A stretch of DNA of 64,000 bases from an uncultured Methanoregulaceae archaeon. Its GTDB lineage: Archaea > Halobacteriota > Methanomicrobia > Methanomicrobiales > Methanospirillaceae. Made by a program: the position numbers and the translations under genes. The notes beneath the pieces were generated by a model that was not told the DNA's origin, did no database searches, and saw nothing but the letters and a program-made list of their open reading frames with translations. The stretch spans positions 32,001 through 96,000 of the forward strand of contig OY970343.1 of NCBI GenBank assembly GCA_963717525.1. Reading direction: 5' to 3'. This document shows positions 31,030-41,984 of this stretch, in pieces. Every line of letters begins with the position of its first letter. Positions within the stretch are counted from its first letter, which is position 1.

Positions 31030-32186
31030 TTTCGACCGGGATGTTTGGGATCGACGATATGTTGGGTGGAGGGATACCTGATGGCAGCCGGGTTCTCTAT
31101 AGCCTTGAGCCCGGGGTTGACGGGCAGCTCTTCATGATCTCGACACTGTACGCGGCGCTCGAAAAAAGGCAGTCGTGCCTTGTGATCATCCCGCATACGA
31201 CCGTCGATGCATTTATGCATGACGTCGGTCATCTCCGGGGAAAAACCATTCGGGCAAAGGAGCATAAGATCGCCTTCCTGGACAGTGTTGACCGCGAACG
31301 GATACAGCGCAGCGCTGTCTCCGGCAAAGCGGCGGAACGGGAATGGCGGGCCCGGATTCAAAAACTCTGCACCGAAAACAAGGTGGAGGTCATCTTCGGG
31401 TATTTCGATATTATCTACGAGGATTTCGGCCTGGAAAAAGGACTTTCGCTGCTTTCCGGATCCTGCCCCCCCGACGCCACCATCATTATCGAGCACCTGA
31501 ACTTCGGAGGAGATAAACTTCTTGAGTCGCTTGCAGTCAGGAAATCCTTTGACCTTATCCTCGCGATCAAGTCCTCGTTCAGGCCCCTGCCGCACTTCAA
31601 TTACTTCACCATCCTGTACACATCGTGGTCGAACCAGCTTCGCCGTTCGGTACCCTTCCTTGTGAGGAGCGGCCGCATCGTTCCCTACATTCCCAAGATC
31701 GTGGTGACAGGTCCGCCGGAATCCGGGAAGTCCCGGTTTGTGGCAAGTGCCACGGAGCTGGGGATGTCTGTCGACAGGACCGGCCTTGACGGCGACGTGA
31801 CGACGGTTGCCATGGACTTCGGGTGGCTGCACTGGCAGGATTTCGACATCACGCTCTACGGTACTCCCGGGCAGCCCCGGTTCGACCCGATGCTGCCGGT
31901 CATCTTGAATAATGCGATGGGTGTTGTATTACTGGTGGATGCCACGAACCACGATCAACTCGCCCGGGGCCGACACCTCTATAAACTCATCACCCGGATG
32001 CATGTGCCGATCATCGTTGCGGCGAATAAAAAGGACCTGCCGGGCGTGATGAGCGAGGAGGAGATCCGGAAAGGGATCGGCACAGGGAAGAACGTCCCGG
32101 TCCTATTGATATCCTCGCACCAGAAAGATGAAGTACGCGCCGTCCTGGAATCGCTGGTGGACTCGATCACCCGGTTCATCTACTGA
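31026..32186 (+). CDS. KaiC-like domain fused to a small GTPase (MglA/Rab-like)
   Basis: [45 protein letters not shown]. Confidence 0.8.
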   Translation: MISTGMFGIDDMLGGGIPDGSRVLYSLEPGVDGQLFMISTLYAALEKRQSCLVIIPHTTVDAFMHDVGHLRGKTIRAKEHKIAFLDSVDRERIQRSAVSGKAAEREWRARIQKLCTENKVEVIFGYFDIIYEDFGLEKGLSLLSGSCPPDATIIIEHLNFGGDKLLESLAVRKSFDLILAIKSSFRPLPHFNYFTILYTSWSNQLRRSVPFLVRSGRIVPYIPKIVVTGPPESGKSRFVASATELGMSVDRTGLDGDVTTVAMDFGWLHWQDFDITLYGTPGQPRFDPMLPVILNNAMGVVLLVDATNHDQLARGRHLYKLITRMHVPIIVAANKKDLPGVMSEEEIRKGIGTGKNVPVLLISSHQKDEVRAVLESLVDSITRFIY

Positions 32187-32257
32187 TACAGCGGCGGGTC
32201 CGCCCACGACCATTCCGGGGTACCTGCTGCTCCACGCCCGGACACACGAAAAAAGAC

Positions 32258-33010
32258 ATGCTTACCTTTATCGGCCTTGGCCTCTACGACAAAAACGATA
32301 TCTCGGAGAAAGGGCTTTCCTTCATCAGGAGTGCAGACCACGTCTTTCTTGAGGGATACACGTCCCGGCTCATGGGGACAACACGGGAAGAGCTCGAAGC
32401 ATTCTACCAAAAACCCGTAAGGCTTCTCATGCGGGCAGACGTGGAGCAGCACCCGGGCGAGCTGCTTGACTGCGCAGCGCGGGGAAACACGGTCTTTCTT
32501 TGTGCCGGTGACCCGATGGTCTCGACGACCCATGCGGACTTAAGGATCCGGGCGGCAGACCGGGGCATTCCCACCGCAATCATTCACGGGTCATCGGTTG
32601 TAAGCGCGGTCTGCGGGCTCTCGGGGCTCCAAAACTACCGGTTCGGCAAGTCCTGCTCGGTGCCGTTCCCGCAGGCACACTGGTCGCCGACATCGCCTTT
32701 GGACGTTATTGCAGAAAACCGGGCGCTCCGGCTGCATACGCTGGTGTACCTCGATATCCAGGACGGGCGTTACATGACCGCAAACGAGGGTATCGGCCTG
32801 CTTGAAGGGATGGCACGAAAAAAACAGGTGACAATCCCTCTCTACATCGGCATTGCCCGGGCCGGATCCGATGCACCGGTCGTGCGGGCCGGTACTGCCG
32901 ACGCTCTTTGCTCCATGGATTTCGGCCCTCCCCTGCACGTACTGGTAGTCCCCGGGGAGCTCCACGATATGGAGCGTCAGTACCTTGAGAGGTTTGCCGG
33001 CCTATGTTGA
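32258..33010 (+). CDS. dph5: diphthine synthase
   Basis: [38 protein letters not shown]. Confidence 0.93.
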   Translation: MLTFIGLGLYDKNDISEKGLSFIRSADHVFLEGYTSRLMGTTREELEAFYQKPVRLLMRADVEQHPGELLDCAARGNTVFLCAGDPMVSTTHADLRIRAADRGIPTAIIHGSSVVSAVCGLSGLQNYRFGKSCSVPFPQAHWSPTSPLDVIAENRALRLHTLVYLDIQDGRYMTANEGIGLLEGMARKKQVTIPLYIGIARAGSDAPVVRAGTADALCSMDFGPPLHVLVVPGELHDMERQYLERFAGLC

Positions 33011-33582
33011 TCGGCGCGTGCGGGACGCTCCTCTCCCGCGAACTGGATGCCGTTGCCATGGCCCCCCCGGAGGGCACGCCGCTTGCGGCGCTTGCCGGCA
33101 CCACGAAAGGCATGGCACGTGCCTACGCAGACGATGGTGCCACGTTCTTTGCCGGCGGGGATCTGGTCAATGCGCTGGCCGCGTATTATTACGGTTTTGG
33201 CTGGCTGCACTTCGGTCTCGCATACGGCCTGCTCTCCCTTCCGGGAAAAAAGCCGGCCTGTCCTTTTGGGGGGTCAAAAGAAGCACTCTCCCCGGCACAT
33301 GCTGCGCAGCTCGACGAGAAGACCCGGAGGTATGCGAGACTGCTCGATACCGCATGCACCTCGGTGGCTACTGCCCCGGAACCTGAAACGGCAGGCGCCT
33401 GGTTTGCCCGGCGCGTCATCCTGGTTGGCACCTGCTACGCGCGGGGCGGGAGGTGCAGCCTTGCCGGGGGAGCTGAGGAGGAGGCTCTTGGCCGGTTCAG
33501 CTACGGCCACGGGTGGCTGGATGCGGGAGCCCGGGCCGGACTGCTCACGGTCACGGGAAACCGGGAGCTGTTTACTCTCTGA
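33004..33582 (+). CDS. tandem DUF357 protein
   Basis: [10 protein letters not shown]...[15 protein letters not shown], and a second copy [11 protein letters not shown]. Confidence 0.75.
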   Translation: MLIGACGTLLSRELDAVAMAPPEGTPLAALAGTTKGMARAYADDGATFFAGGDLVNALAAYYYGFGWLHFGLAYGLLSLPGKKPACPFGGSKEALSPAHAAQLDEKTRRYARLLDTACTSVATAPEPETAGAWFARRVILVGTCYARGGRCSLAGGAEEEALGRFSYGHGWLDAGARAGLLTVTGNRELFTL

Positions 33583-33702
33583 AAACAAGCGCGTTCCCTG
33601 AAGGGAATATCACCTGACGAAATCCTGAATAAAAAGTGTTTATACTATGCCTCATAACCTTTTAAGATAAAACAGGCAGGACGCGCTGCCGGGACAAAAA
33701 CC

Positions 33703-34720
33703 ATGGAGCGATCGCAGAAGAAATGGCTGTATATTTCCATCAGTTTCTCCCTTGCGGTCCTTATCATTATCCTGTACCTTACCATCAATGCAAATACCAT
33801 CCAGTATCTCAAAAAGATCAATCCCTGGTTTTTCAGCTCTCGCTTTCCTCACCCATATCCTGACGATGTGCTTCTGGGCGATGCGGGTCAAGAAGATGTC
33901 CGGATCGCTCGGGTACCCGATCAAATTCTTCTATTCGCTCAACCTCGTTTTTGCAAACCTCCTCGCCGCGGCTGTCACCCCGGCACAGGCAGGCGGCGAA
34001 CCGGTCCGGGTGCACGAGCTCTACAAGGCAAATGTCCCGCTCGGTGATGCAACAGCGGTCGTGATCATGGAGCGTGTGTTGGACGGTATCGCCCTTGCCT
34101 GCCTTGCCGCGTTTGCGATGTTTGCCCTTTCCGAGCAATGGCATAGTCTTGGGGCGATCTCGGATGTCATGATCTATATCACGTGGATCTTTGTGGCCGG
34201 CTGTCTCTTCCTCTTCTACCTTGCCATCCGGAGGCCTGACGTGATGAAACGGGTGGCCGACCGGGCCGCACGCTTCTTTACCCGGAAATGGGAACCGGCC
34301 CGCGTCACGGTTATCCTAGAACGGATCGATGCGGAGATCGCAAACTTCCATGCCGCCGTGCTGAGGTTCGTTAGGACTGCAAAATCCGGGCTGGCTTGGG
34401 GCATGCTCTTTACCCTCCTCTACTGGGTTTCGGAGATCGTAACGGCATCCCTGATCCTCATGGGTCTCGGGCAGCCGCCCCTCTTCTTTGAGTCGTTTGT
34501 GATCCAGCTCATCCTCGCCATCTTAATGATGCTGCCCCTGACACCGGGCAGCTCCGGCATCGCCGAGGCCGGGGCAACCTCTATGTACGCCCTCTTCCTC
34601 CCTTACTCCATCTTGGGTATTTTTGTTGTCATCTGGCGGATCGTGCTGTATTACTTCAATATCGCCCTCGGGGTCGTCGCCAGCCTCATCATCGTCCGGC
34701 GCGAGTCGGAAAACAGGTAA
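33703..34720 (+). CDS. flippase-like / lysylphosphatidylglycerol synthase TM protein (UPF0104); frameshift at ~33833
   Basis: TPAQAGGEP, ERVLD, PLTPGSSGIAE, WR..YY. The N-terminus is in the 33703 frame. Confidence 0.8.
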
Positions 34721-34787
34721 CCGCGCGGGACTATCCGAAGGCAGACCTCTACTCTTATCATACGGCAGGGTGATCTCTTGACCGGAC

Positions 34788-35237
34788 ATGCAGCAGGTCA
34801 GGTGCGAGGTCAGGGGAGTCTTTGTGGCCATTAACGACGCGGCTACCGTACCTGTGGTAGTGCTGACTGACCGTGCAGGACGCCGCCTGCCAATCTTTGT
34901 CGGACTGTGGGAAGCGGTCTCCATAAACAGTGCACAGAACAAGGAGGTGCCTCCCCGCCCGTTCACGCACGACCTGTTCCTGGATCTCATGGGAAAATTT
35001 GCAATCTCCGTCCGTCAGCTTGATATCGACAGTGTCGAAGAAGGGGTGTACTACGCGCACCTCGTGCTTTCCTCCGGGGGCCGTACAGAATTCCTTGACT
35101 GTCGGCCAAGCGACGGAATTGCGGTGGCCCTGCGCGCCAATGCGCCTGTCTTTGTGGATGAAGCACTGCTCGCTGCCGCGGGACAGGAGGAAAGTATCTC
35201 CTCCATGGTCGAGATCTCAGCGTTTCTCCAGAAGTAG
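34788..35237 (+). CDS. bifunctional nuclease family (DUF151)
   Basis: LPIFVG..EA, PRPFTHDL, DCRPSDGIAVAL. Confidence 0.88.
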   Translation: MQQVRCEVRGVFVAINDAATVPVVVLTDRAGRRLPIFVGLWEAVSINSAQNKEVPPRPFTHDLFLDLMGKFAISVRQLDIDSVEEGVYYAHLVLSSGGRTEFLDCRPSDGIAVALRANAPVFVDEALLAAAGQEESISSMVEISAFLQK

Positions 35238-35271
35238 GGGATACATACCCGATCGATCACCCGGCAGATCT

Positions 35272-35586
35272 TCACTTTCGCCGGTGCTCAAGCTCGCGGA
35301 TGACCTCTTCCAAGTCAACGTCCGCGGCCCGGAGCGCGACAAGGATATGGAACAAGAGGTCGGCTGCCTCTTCGGTTGTCCGCTCCGGCACCCTGTTTTT
35401 TACGGCGATGATGAACTCGGTGGACTCTTCGCCCACTTTCTCTAGGACCTTGTCGATCCCTTTCTTGTCCCGCAGCAGCCGGCTGGTGTAGGACCCTTCG
35501 TCCGGGTGTGCCGCCCGCTCGCAGATGATCTCCCAGAGTTCCCGGATCACCCGGGGGTCGACCGTGCCCTCTCCTTGCGGCTTCAT
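35272..35586 (-). CDS. hisE: phosphoribosyl-ATP diphosphatase
   Basis: SYTSRL, KVGEESTE, EAADLLFH. Confidence 0.92.
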   Translation of the reverse strand: MKPQGEGTVDPRVIRELWEIICERAAHPDEGSYTSRLLRDKKGIDKVLEKVGEESTEFIIAVKNRVPERTTEEAADLLFHILVALRAADVDLEEVIRELEHRRK

Positions 35587-36026
35587 GCTTCCTCCTGCAC
35601 GAGCAGTACTTCCCCGATCTCAAGACCGCAGAAACGCCTGCAGAGGATGCGCGCCTTCTCAATATTGCAGCCGGCCTTCCCGATCGCGATGCCGAGATCG
35701 CTTTTTTTGTTCACCAGCACGTTGACCGGGCTGTCATCAGCGCCATGTTCGACATCGACGACCCCGGCAGGTTTGAAGATGTTGGCGATGAACACGCCCG
35801 GGTCCTCGGCATATTCGACCATCTCGATGCGCCGGCCCAGCACATTCTGGAGCCTCTTTATATTGTCGCCTTTCTTTCCAATCGCAAGTCCCATGTCGCC
35901 CTGCCGGATCACGTAGATCACCCGGTCGAACCGGTCATCGATCACACAGTCGAGGGCTGTTGCCCGTGTGAGGATCCGCAGCTCTTCTATGTACCTTCGT
36001 TCCTTAAAGCCGATATTGCGCTCCAT
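35583..36026 (-). CDS. nusA: archaeal NusA-like KH-domain factor
   Basis: GLAIGKKGDNI and GIAIGKAGCNI KH motifs. Confidence 0.88.
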   Translation of the reverse strand: MERNIGFKERRYIEELRILTRATALDCVIDDRFDRVIYVIRQGDMGLAIGKKGDNIKRLQNVLGRRIEMVEYAEDPGVFIANIFKPAGVVDVEHGADDSPVNVLVNKKSDLGIAIGKAGCNIEKARILCRRFCGLEIGEVLLVQEEA

Positions 36027-36190
36027 ATCAAAATCAATCCTATTGTATCCGCAATTTTGCCGATATTCGATGCTTGGATATATCTGCTGGCCCGGCAGGC
36101 CGGGTGCATGTATGCGTGATTATGAAATAATCACACGCTGCTTGTGTAAAAAAGTTTGGAAAAAGATCGGGGTGGTAACCTGACGGGATA

Positions 36191-36918
36191 TCAGGCGATC
36201 GTATACGTGATCGATACCTGGGCAGTGACCGTTATATCCCCGGACTGGATCGGTGTCGGGGCAGCCGCCATTTTTCCTGACGCTGCTGCGGTCGTATCAT
36301 AATTGCCGTAGACCACCGGGGTGTACCCCTGGGTGATATCTGCTGCCTGGGTCCCGGTTATAGTCACGTTGAGGGCTGCAGCGACGGCATTTGCATCGGC
36401 TCTGGCGTTTCCGACTGCCTGGGTAAGTGCCTGGCCCCGGAGCGCCTGCGCCTTTTCGTCCGAGAAGAGGAACTGGATGGAGTTCACCTGGTTTGCCCCG
36501 GCGTTTACTGCCGTATCGATGACCTGCCCGGTCGTGTTGGTGTCCATGAGGGTGACCTGGAGGGTGTTTGTCACCTGGTAGGTTTTGACCGTCCCGGAAA
36601 AGATGCTGCCTGAGTCCTGCTGGTAGACCGGCGTGATCGAATACCCGGTGGTCTTAATCTCGTCACGGGGAACCCCTGATGCAGCGAGCGCATCCATGAC
36701 GTTGTTCATCGCAAGAGCGTTGTTTGACTGTGCGATCCTGACATCCGCGTTTTCGGTCTGGACCGCAAAATTGATCTGCACCCGGTCCGGGTACCTGTAA
36801 CCGATCCGCTACCGCTGACCTGTATGACATGGTCGTTTGTGGAATCCGCTGCTGCACAGCCAATCAGTGCCAGGGTGAGGACCACCAGGGCGAAGGTGAG
36901 TACTGCCGTTTTTCTCAT
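36191..36918 (-). CDS. SIMPL (DUF541) secreted protein; frameshift at ~36790
   Basis: Signal peptide, IQVSGSG.V.G(TPD), GANQVNSIQF, AVGNARADA. Confidence 0.8.
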
Positions 36919-37088
36919 GGTATATCCGACCGGGTATTGGAGAACGGGGCGATTAAATATTGCTTTGACTGCGAAATTGTTCGCAATTATCAGGAAAAAA
37001 CCGGTGAATGAACCCAGATACAGCTGAAAGGAGAATGATCCCCCAAAGTAACATGTGCCGGCAGAGTGTATAGTACAGGCGATAGAGC

Positions 37089-38339
37089 ATGGGAGCAACA
37101 ATCGTCGAGAAGATCTTCTCACGGAAATGTGGCAGCGATATCAGGGCAGGCGAAGTGGTCATGACGCCCATTGACGGGGCCATGATCCATGATATTACCG
37201 GCCCGCTTGCCATCCAGAAGTTCTCCGAGATGGGAGGCGAGCACGTCTTCGATCCAAAGCGTGTCATCATGCTCTTTGACCACCAGATACCGGCAGACTC
37301 CCTTGAAGCGGCAAAAATCCACAAGTATATGCGTAAATTTGCCGCAGAGCAGGGCATCCACAACTACGATATCAACGAAGGGGTCTGCCACCAGGTGGTC
37401 CTGGAGAAGGGACGGGCAGCGCCCGGCGAGATCATTGTCGGGGCCGACTCCCACACCTGCATGTACGGTGCTGTCGGGGCATTTGCGACCGGCATAGGTT
37501 CGACCGATATGGGTTTCGCGCTCAAGTTCGGCGCCCTCTACTTCAAGGTGCCGGAGACGATCCGGGCCGAAGTGTCAGGAAAGTTCCGGAAGCGTGTCGG
37601 GGCAAAGGACCTGATCCTTGCAATTGCAGCCGATATCGGGGCCGATGGTGCGACCTACCAGGCGATCGAATTCACGGGAAAAACCATCGCAAAAATGGAC
37701 ATGCCCGGCCGGATGACCTGCTGCAACATGGCTATCGAGATGGGGGCAAAGGCCGGCATTGTCCCGCCCGACAAGGTCACGTGGGCGTACATGAAAGGTC
37801 GCAGGAAGATAAAGCCGTTCGATCTTGCGAGCGACGACAATGCGAAGTTTGCAGAGAAGCGGACGTACAACGTCTCGGATCTTGAACCACAGGTCGCTGT
37901 CCCCCACAATGTCGATCAGGGAGTACCGGTCAGCAAGGTTGCCGGGACCCGTATTGACCAGGTCTTTATCGGCTCGTGCACAAACGGGCGTTACGAGGAT
38001 CTCGCCGAGGCGGCAGAAGTACTGGGCAAAAAGAAGTTTGATTCGGGGACCCGGGTGCTCATCATCCCCGCCTCCCGTGATGAGTATCTCAAAGCGCTCG
38101 AAAACGGGCTTATAGAACGGTTCGTGAAGGCGGGAGCCCTTGTTGAGGCTCCCTGCTGCGGGCCCTGCATGGGCGGATCATTTGGCCTGCTCGCGCCCGG
38201 CGAAGTCTCGCTTTCCACCTCGAACCGGAACTTCAGAGGCCGGCAGGGCAGCACCGATGCGTTGGTGTATCTCTGTTCTGCGGCTACCGCAGCGGCGAGC
38301 GCTATGAAAGGTGAGATCACCGATCCGCGGGAGGTGTGA
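37089..38339 (+). CDS. leuC: 3-isopropylmalate dehydratase/homoaconitase family large subunit
   Basis: GVCHQV, ADSHTC, IGSCTNGR, CCGPCMG, STSNRNF. Confidence 0.9.
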   Translation: MGATIVEKIFSRKCGSDIRAGEVVMTPIDGAMIHDITGPLAIQKFSEMGGEHVFDPKRVIMLFDHQIPADSLEAAKIHKYMRKFAAEQGIHNYDINEGVCHQVVLEKGRAAPGEIIVGADSHTCMYGAVGAFATGIGSTDMGFALKFGALYFKVPETIRAEVSGKFRKRVGAKDLILAIAADIGADGATYQAIEFTGKTIAKMDMPGRMTCCNMAIEMGAKAGIVPPDKVTWAYMKGRRKIKPFDLASDDNAKFAEKRTYNVSDLEPQVAVPHNVDQGVPVSKVAGTRIDQVFIGSCTNGRYEDLAEAAEVLGKKKFDSGTRVLIIPASRDEYLKALENGLIERFVKAGALVEAPCCGPCMGGSFGLLAPGEVSLSTSNRNFRGRQGSTDALVYLCSAATAAASAMKGEITDPREV

Positions 38340-38407
38340 CCATGCCGGCAAGGATGACCTCAATGGAAAAGACCATGATCGTTGACCTGACCCCCCGGAC
38401 AAAAAAC

Positions 38408-38905
38408 ATGCAGGTCTGGAAGTTTGGAGACAATGTCGATACCGATGCGATCATCCCGGGACGGTTTCTTACGATCAACAATCCCGACGAGCTGGCAAAG
38501 CACGCCTTTGAGGGCACCCGGGACGAGTTCGCAAGGAAAGTAAAAGACGGCGATGTGGTTGTTGGTGGGAAGAACTTCGGGTGCGGTTCCTCGCGCGAAC
38601 ACGCGCCGCTCGCGCTTCTCGGTGCAGGTGTCCACGTGGTGCTGGCACAATCGTTTGCCCGCATCTTTTTCCGGAATGCCATCAATGTCGGGGTACTTCC
38701 GGTGGTCTGCCATGATACGGATAAAATTGCAGACGGTACGAAGATTACGCTCGATCTCAAAGAGGGATACGCAGAGATTGACGGCACAAAACTCGCCATC
38801 GAGCCGGTGCCCCCGTTCATGCAGGGCATCATTGATGCCGGGGGCCTTGTGGAGTATGCGAGAAACTTAAAGGAGGTGCCGGTATGTACAAAGTCGCGGC
38901 AATAG
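38408..38905 (+). CDS. leuD: 3-isopropylmalate dehydratase small subunit
   Basis: [35 protein letters not shown]. Confidence 0.9.
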   Translation: MQVWKFGDNVDTDAIIPGRFLTINNPDELAKHAFEGTRDEFARKVKDGDVVVGGKNFGCGSSREHAPLALLGAGVHVVLAQSFARIFFRNAINVGVLPVVCHDTDKIADGTKITLDLKEGYAEIDGTKLAIEPVPPFMQGIIDAGGLVEYARNLKEVPVCTKSRQ

Positions 38906-39999
38906 GCGGTGACGGTATCGGCCCGGAGATTGTTGCAGAAGGAAAGAAGGTGCTCGAAGCCGCAGGTGAGCGGTTCAACTTCGGGATCGACTGGACGGAT
39001 TTCGACATCGGGGCAGACCGGTATCTTGCGACTAAAAAACTCCTCAATGAGGATGATCTTGCAGAACTCAAAAAGTTCAAGGCGATCTATTTCGGCGCCA
39101 TCGGCGATCCCCGGGTTCCGCCGGGCATCCTCGAGAAGGGAATCCTGCTTGCGCTCCGGTTCTCCTTTGACGAGTACGTGAACCTGCGGCCGATCAAGCT
39201 GCTGGAAGGCGTCGAGACGCCGCTTGCGAATAAGAGTCCCGCGGATATCGATTTTGTGGTCATTCGGGAGAATACCGAGGATTTCTACGTCGGCATCGGC
39301 TCACGCTTTAGAAAGCACCAGAAGATCGAACTTGAGGTAGCCCGGGAGCTTTACAACGTGAAGTTCGGCCTGGACATAGACAGCGATGCCGAGGAACTGG
39401 CCTACCAGATCGGCGTTGTGACCCGGGAAGGATCGCGCCGGGTCCAGACCTATGCGTTCGAGCTCGCAGAGAAGCGCGGGAAAAAACTGACCTCGGTGGA
39501 CAAGGCAAATGTCCTCTCCGACGTGTACGGCCTCTGGCGCGATGTCTTTACTGAGACCGCAAAGAAGTACCCCGGTGTCGCCACGGAATTCAATTTCGTC
39601 GATGCGGTCACGATGTGGTTTGTCAAGAACCCCGAGTGGTTCGATGTCGTGGTCACGCCCAATATGTTCGGCGATATCATTACCGATCTCGGCGCGATGA
39701 TCCAAGGCGGCCTCGGGCTTGCCCCGGGCGGCAACATCAACCCGAAGGGCACGTCGATGTTCGAACCGATCCACGGGTCGGCACCGAAATACAAGGGAAT
39801 GGATGTTGCAAACCCGATAGCGACGATCTGGGCAGGATCTCTTCTCCTGGATCACCTCGGCGAACGCGAAGCCGCTGCAGCGGTGGTGTCTGCCATTGAA
39901 AAGAGCATCAGGGATGGCATCGTGACAAAAGATCTCGGCGGGACCGCGGGAACGAAAAAGGTGGGCAGTTATATCGCGGACAGCGTGCGCCGCGGCTGA
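38884..39999 (+). CDS. leuB: isopropylmalate/isocitrate dehydrogenase family
   Basis: [37 protein letters not shown]. Confidence 0.85.
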   Translation: MYKVAAIGGDGIGPEIVAEGKKVLEAAGERFNFGIDWTDFDIGADRYLATKKLLNEDDLAELKKFKAIYFGAIGDPRVPPGILEKGILLALRFSFDEYVNLRPIKLLEGVETPLANKSPADIDFVVIRENTEDFYVGIGSRFRKHQKIELEVARELYNVKFGLDIDSDAEELAYQIGVVTREGSRRVQTYAFELAEKRGKKLTSVDKANVLSDVYGLWRDVFTETAKKYPGVATEFNFVDAVTMWFVKNPEWFDVVVTPNMFGDIITDLGAMIQGGLGLAPGGNINPKGTSMFEPIHGSAPKYKGMDVANPIATIWAGSLLLDHLGEREAAAAVVSAIEKSIRDGIVTKDLGGTAGTKKVGSYIADSVRRG

Positions 40000-40084
40000 T
40001 CCGGTCACTCGCTTCTCTTTTGTATTTTGTTATGCACTCCGCAAAAGATCATGGCACCCATGACGAGCTCGATGCCCTGACCTC

Positions 40085-40276
40085 CGCATTAGTAGGTTAT
40101 TTTTACCTTGCCGGCGAGCTGTGAGGCGATCGGGAACGCGACGGAAGGATACCTGATCCTTCAAAATCCCTCAGGTATCCTTGACAGGTAAGGCCGGGAA
40201 AGGATCGCTGCAATCACGACTTTGGCGAGCTGTGCCCCGCTCCTGATCGGCTGATGGTCGATAATGTACTAGTGCG
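40085..40276 (+). ncRNA. candidate ~190-nt rod-like structured RNA (unassigned)
   Basis: Nested stems with many G-U pairs between convergent genes; details in findings. Confidence 0.45.
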
Positions 40277-40312
40277 AAAATAAGGAAAAACACAAAAGAA
40301 AAACATCGATGT

Positions 40313-41242
40313 CTACTGAAGGTTATCCGGGATATCGAGCGGGACATCTCCTTCGTCTTCAGATTTTTTGGGGGAGAAAATGGATTTGAGCGCGGCAAAA
40401 GGCCCTCCATTGTTTTCATCGGCCGGATCCCTCCCGTTCTTTTTTCTGTCCCCGTAATTTTTCAGGAGAATTTCAGCCTCGATCAGCCCTTCTTCGACTT
40501 TTTTCTTTTCCGTCACGTCCACGAGGTACCCGGCGATAGCGACGGTCTGCCTGTTCTTTATCACCGGGATTTCGTTGACCTCAACCCAGACCGTTGAATT
40601 GTTGCGGCCGTAAAATTCCAGGCGGTATGGCGGTTCGCGCCTCCCGGAGGAGATCGCTTTTAAGGTCCTTTCCAGTCCCTTTGCATTGAGCGGGTTATCG
40701 GTCAGGTAATCGGTCCACAGTCGTTTACCCGAGCGGGAACCTGCCCCGAGAATCGCCCGGATCCGGGGACTTACATAGTGCAGGGTATGATCGGAACTGT
40801 GCGTGAAATACATCTCCTTACCGCTTTCGAGGAGGAGCATCAGTTCCTCATCCCGCTTCCTGATTGCCCGGTGCTCCCTTTGAAGCCGTGTGATGTCCCG
40901 CCCGGTAGCCACTATCGCGATTACGCCTCCGTTGCCATCGGTAATCGATCGGGCCGACCAGCTGATGCAGCGTGGCCCCCTCGGTGACGAGATCCATTGT
41001 TCCACCTGGCATGCATAGGGTGGCCGGAAGAGTCCGGTCATCTGGGTGGCCATAACTTCGGAATACCGCTGATCAGTTGCAGGCATAAAGACGCTGCCGG
41101 AGAGTTCCTCCCGTGTCTTTCCCAGTGCATCGCAGTATGCCGTGTTGACAAACAGGAGGCGTCCCTCGGGACTGAACTTGACCAGCATGTCCTGCTGGTG
41201 CTCCACCAGTTCCTCATAGGGGGGATCATCGCAGGTATCCAT
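40313..41242 (-). CDS. tandem PAS/PAC protein without output domain
   Basis: LFVNTAYCDALG, ATGRDIT, YVSPRI, YLVDVTEKK. Confidence 0.85.
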   Translation of the reverse strand: MDTCDDPPYEELVEHQQDMLVKFSPEGRLLFVNTAYCDALGKTREELSGSVFMPATDQRYSEVMATQMTGLFRPPYACQVEQWISSPRGPRCISWSARSITDGNGGVIAIVATGRDITRLQREHRAIRKRDEELMLLLESGKEMYFTHSSDHTLHYVSPRIRAILGAGSRSGKRLWTDYLTDNPLNAKGLERTLKAISSGRREPPYRLEFYGRNNSTVWVEVNEIPVIKNRQTVAIAGYLVDVTEKKKVEEGLIEAEILLKNYGDRKKNGRDPADENNGGPFAALKSIFSPKKSEDEGDVPLDIPDNLQ

Positions 41243-41418
41243 ACCGTGGCTCCGTTACGGTGAGGGAGACAGCGCCGGCCTAAAAAAGACCCCCATCACT
41301 CAGTACACGTTTCCTTTGTGGACTATTAATGTTGCATATCATCTGCGCTATACCGCTCTGGAACTACCGTGGAGGAGTAAAAAAATGAGAGGGGGGATAC
41401 GAGAGGCGTGCGCGAATG

Positions 41419-41838
41419 TCAGACCCGTACGCCAATCTGCTGCTGGCCGGAGAGCCTGCGGTCTTTCCATGCGGGTGATGCGGGCTGATCAGGGATCCGT
41501 GCGATGGTGGCGAGCCGCTCCCTCCCGTAGATGACCGACCTGATGGCAAGGAGTGAAACTGTGAAGTTCCCTGCCTCGAAGAGTTCAAGGTTGAGGGCTT
41601 TACCGGATGCCGACACCTGTGCGAGGCCGCAGGTCGCCCCAAGGTAATAGTTCCACTCGCGGACGAGTGTCTCCACCTGGACAACAACCTGCCGGCCGGA
41701 GATCCCCTTTGCCAGATCCGCGAGCCGGATCGCATACCGGGCGCCCATGATGTGCAGTTCCACGACCTCATGGAGCTTGCCGTCATGGTCGATTGCCCGG
41801 TATCCTGTCCGCCGGATATAACCTGCTTTCTGCATCAT
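41419..41838 (-). CDS. hypothetical protein
   Basis: ORF from MMQKAG with GAAGGTG RBS and a TATA-like element upstream. Confidence 0.55.
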   Translation of the reverse strand: MMQKAGYIRRTGYRAIDHDGKLHEVVELHIMGARYAIRLADLAKGISGRQVVVQVETLVREWNYYLGATCGLAQVSASGKALNLELFEAGNFTVSLLAIRSVIYGRERLATIARIPDQPASPAWKDRRLSGQQQIGVRV

Positions 41839-41984
41839 ACACGACCACCTTCTGTCGTAGTAGTGCGTCTTTACCGACCGGTATATAAGCCGGGGCCGTG
41901 CGCGGGGTGAAAGTGAAAGAAGAGACGGGCACCCCTCTTTTTCCGGCCGATAATATCGTTGCCTGATAACCGGCACCTGGGTAC

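Noticed and set aside
37089..39999. Coenzyme B homoaconitase operon (aksDEF)
   Set aside because: The small-subunit loop PGRFL looks closer to isopropylmalate isomerase than to the homoaconitase YLR-type loop as I recall it. Leu/Ile pathway preferred, though only a phylogeny would settle it.
40186..40280. SRP helix 8 (AGGCCGGGAAAGG) or hammerhead core (CTGATGG…CGAAA)
   Set aside because: The SRP GNRA loop/AGCA geometry and Alu domain are not matched. The hammerhead needs CUGANGA and a stem II, which are absent.
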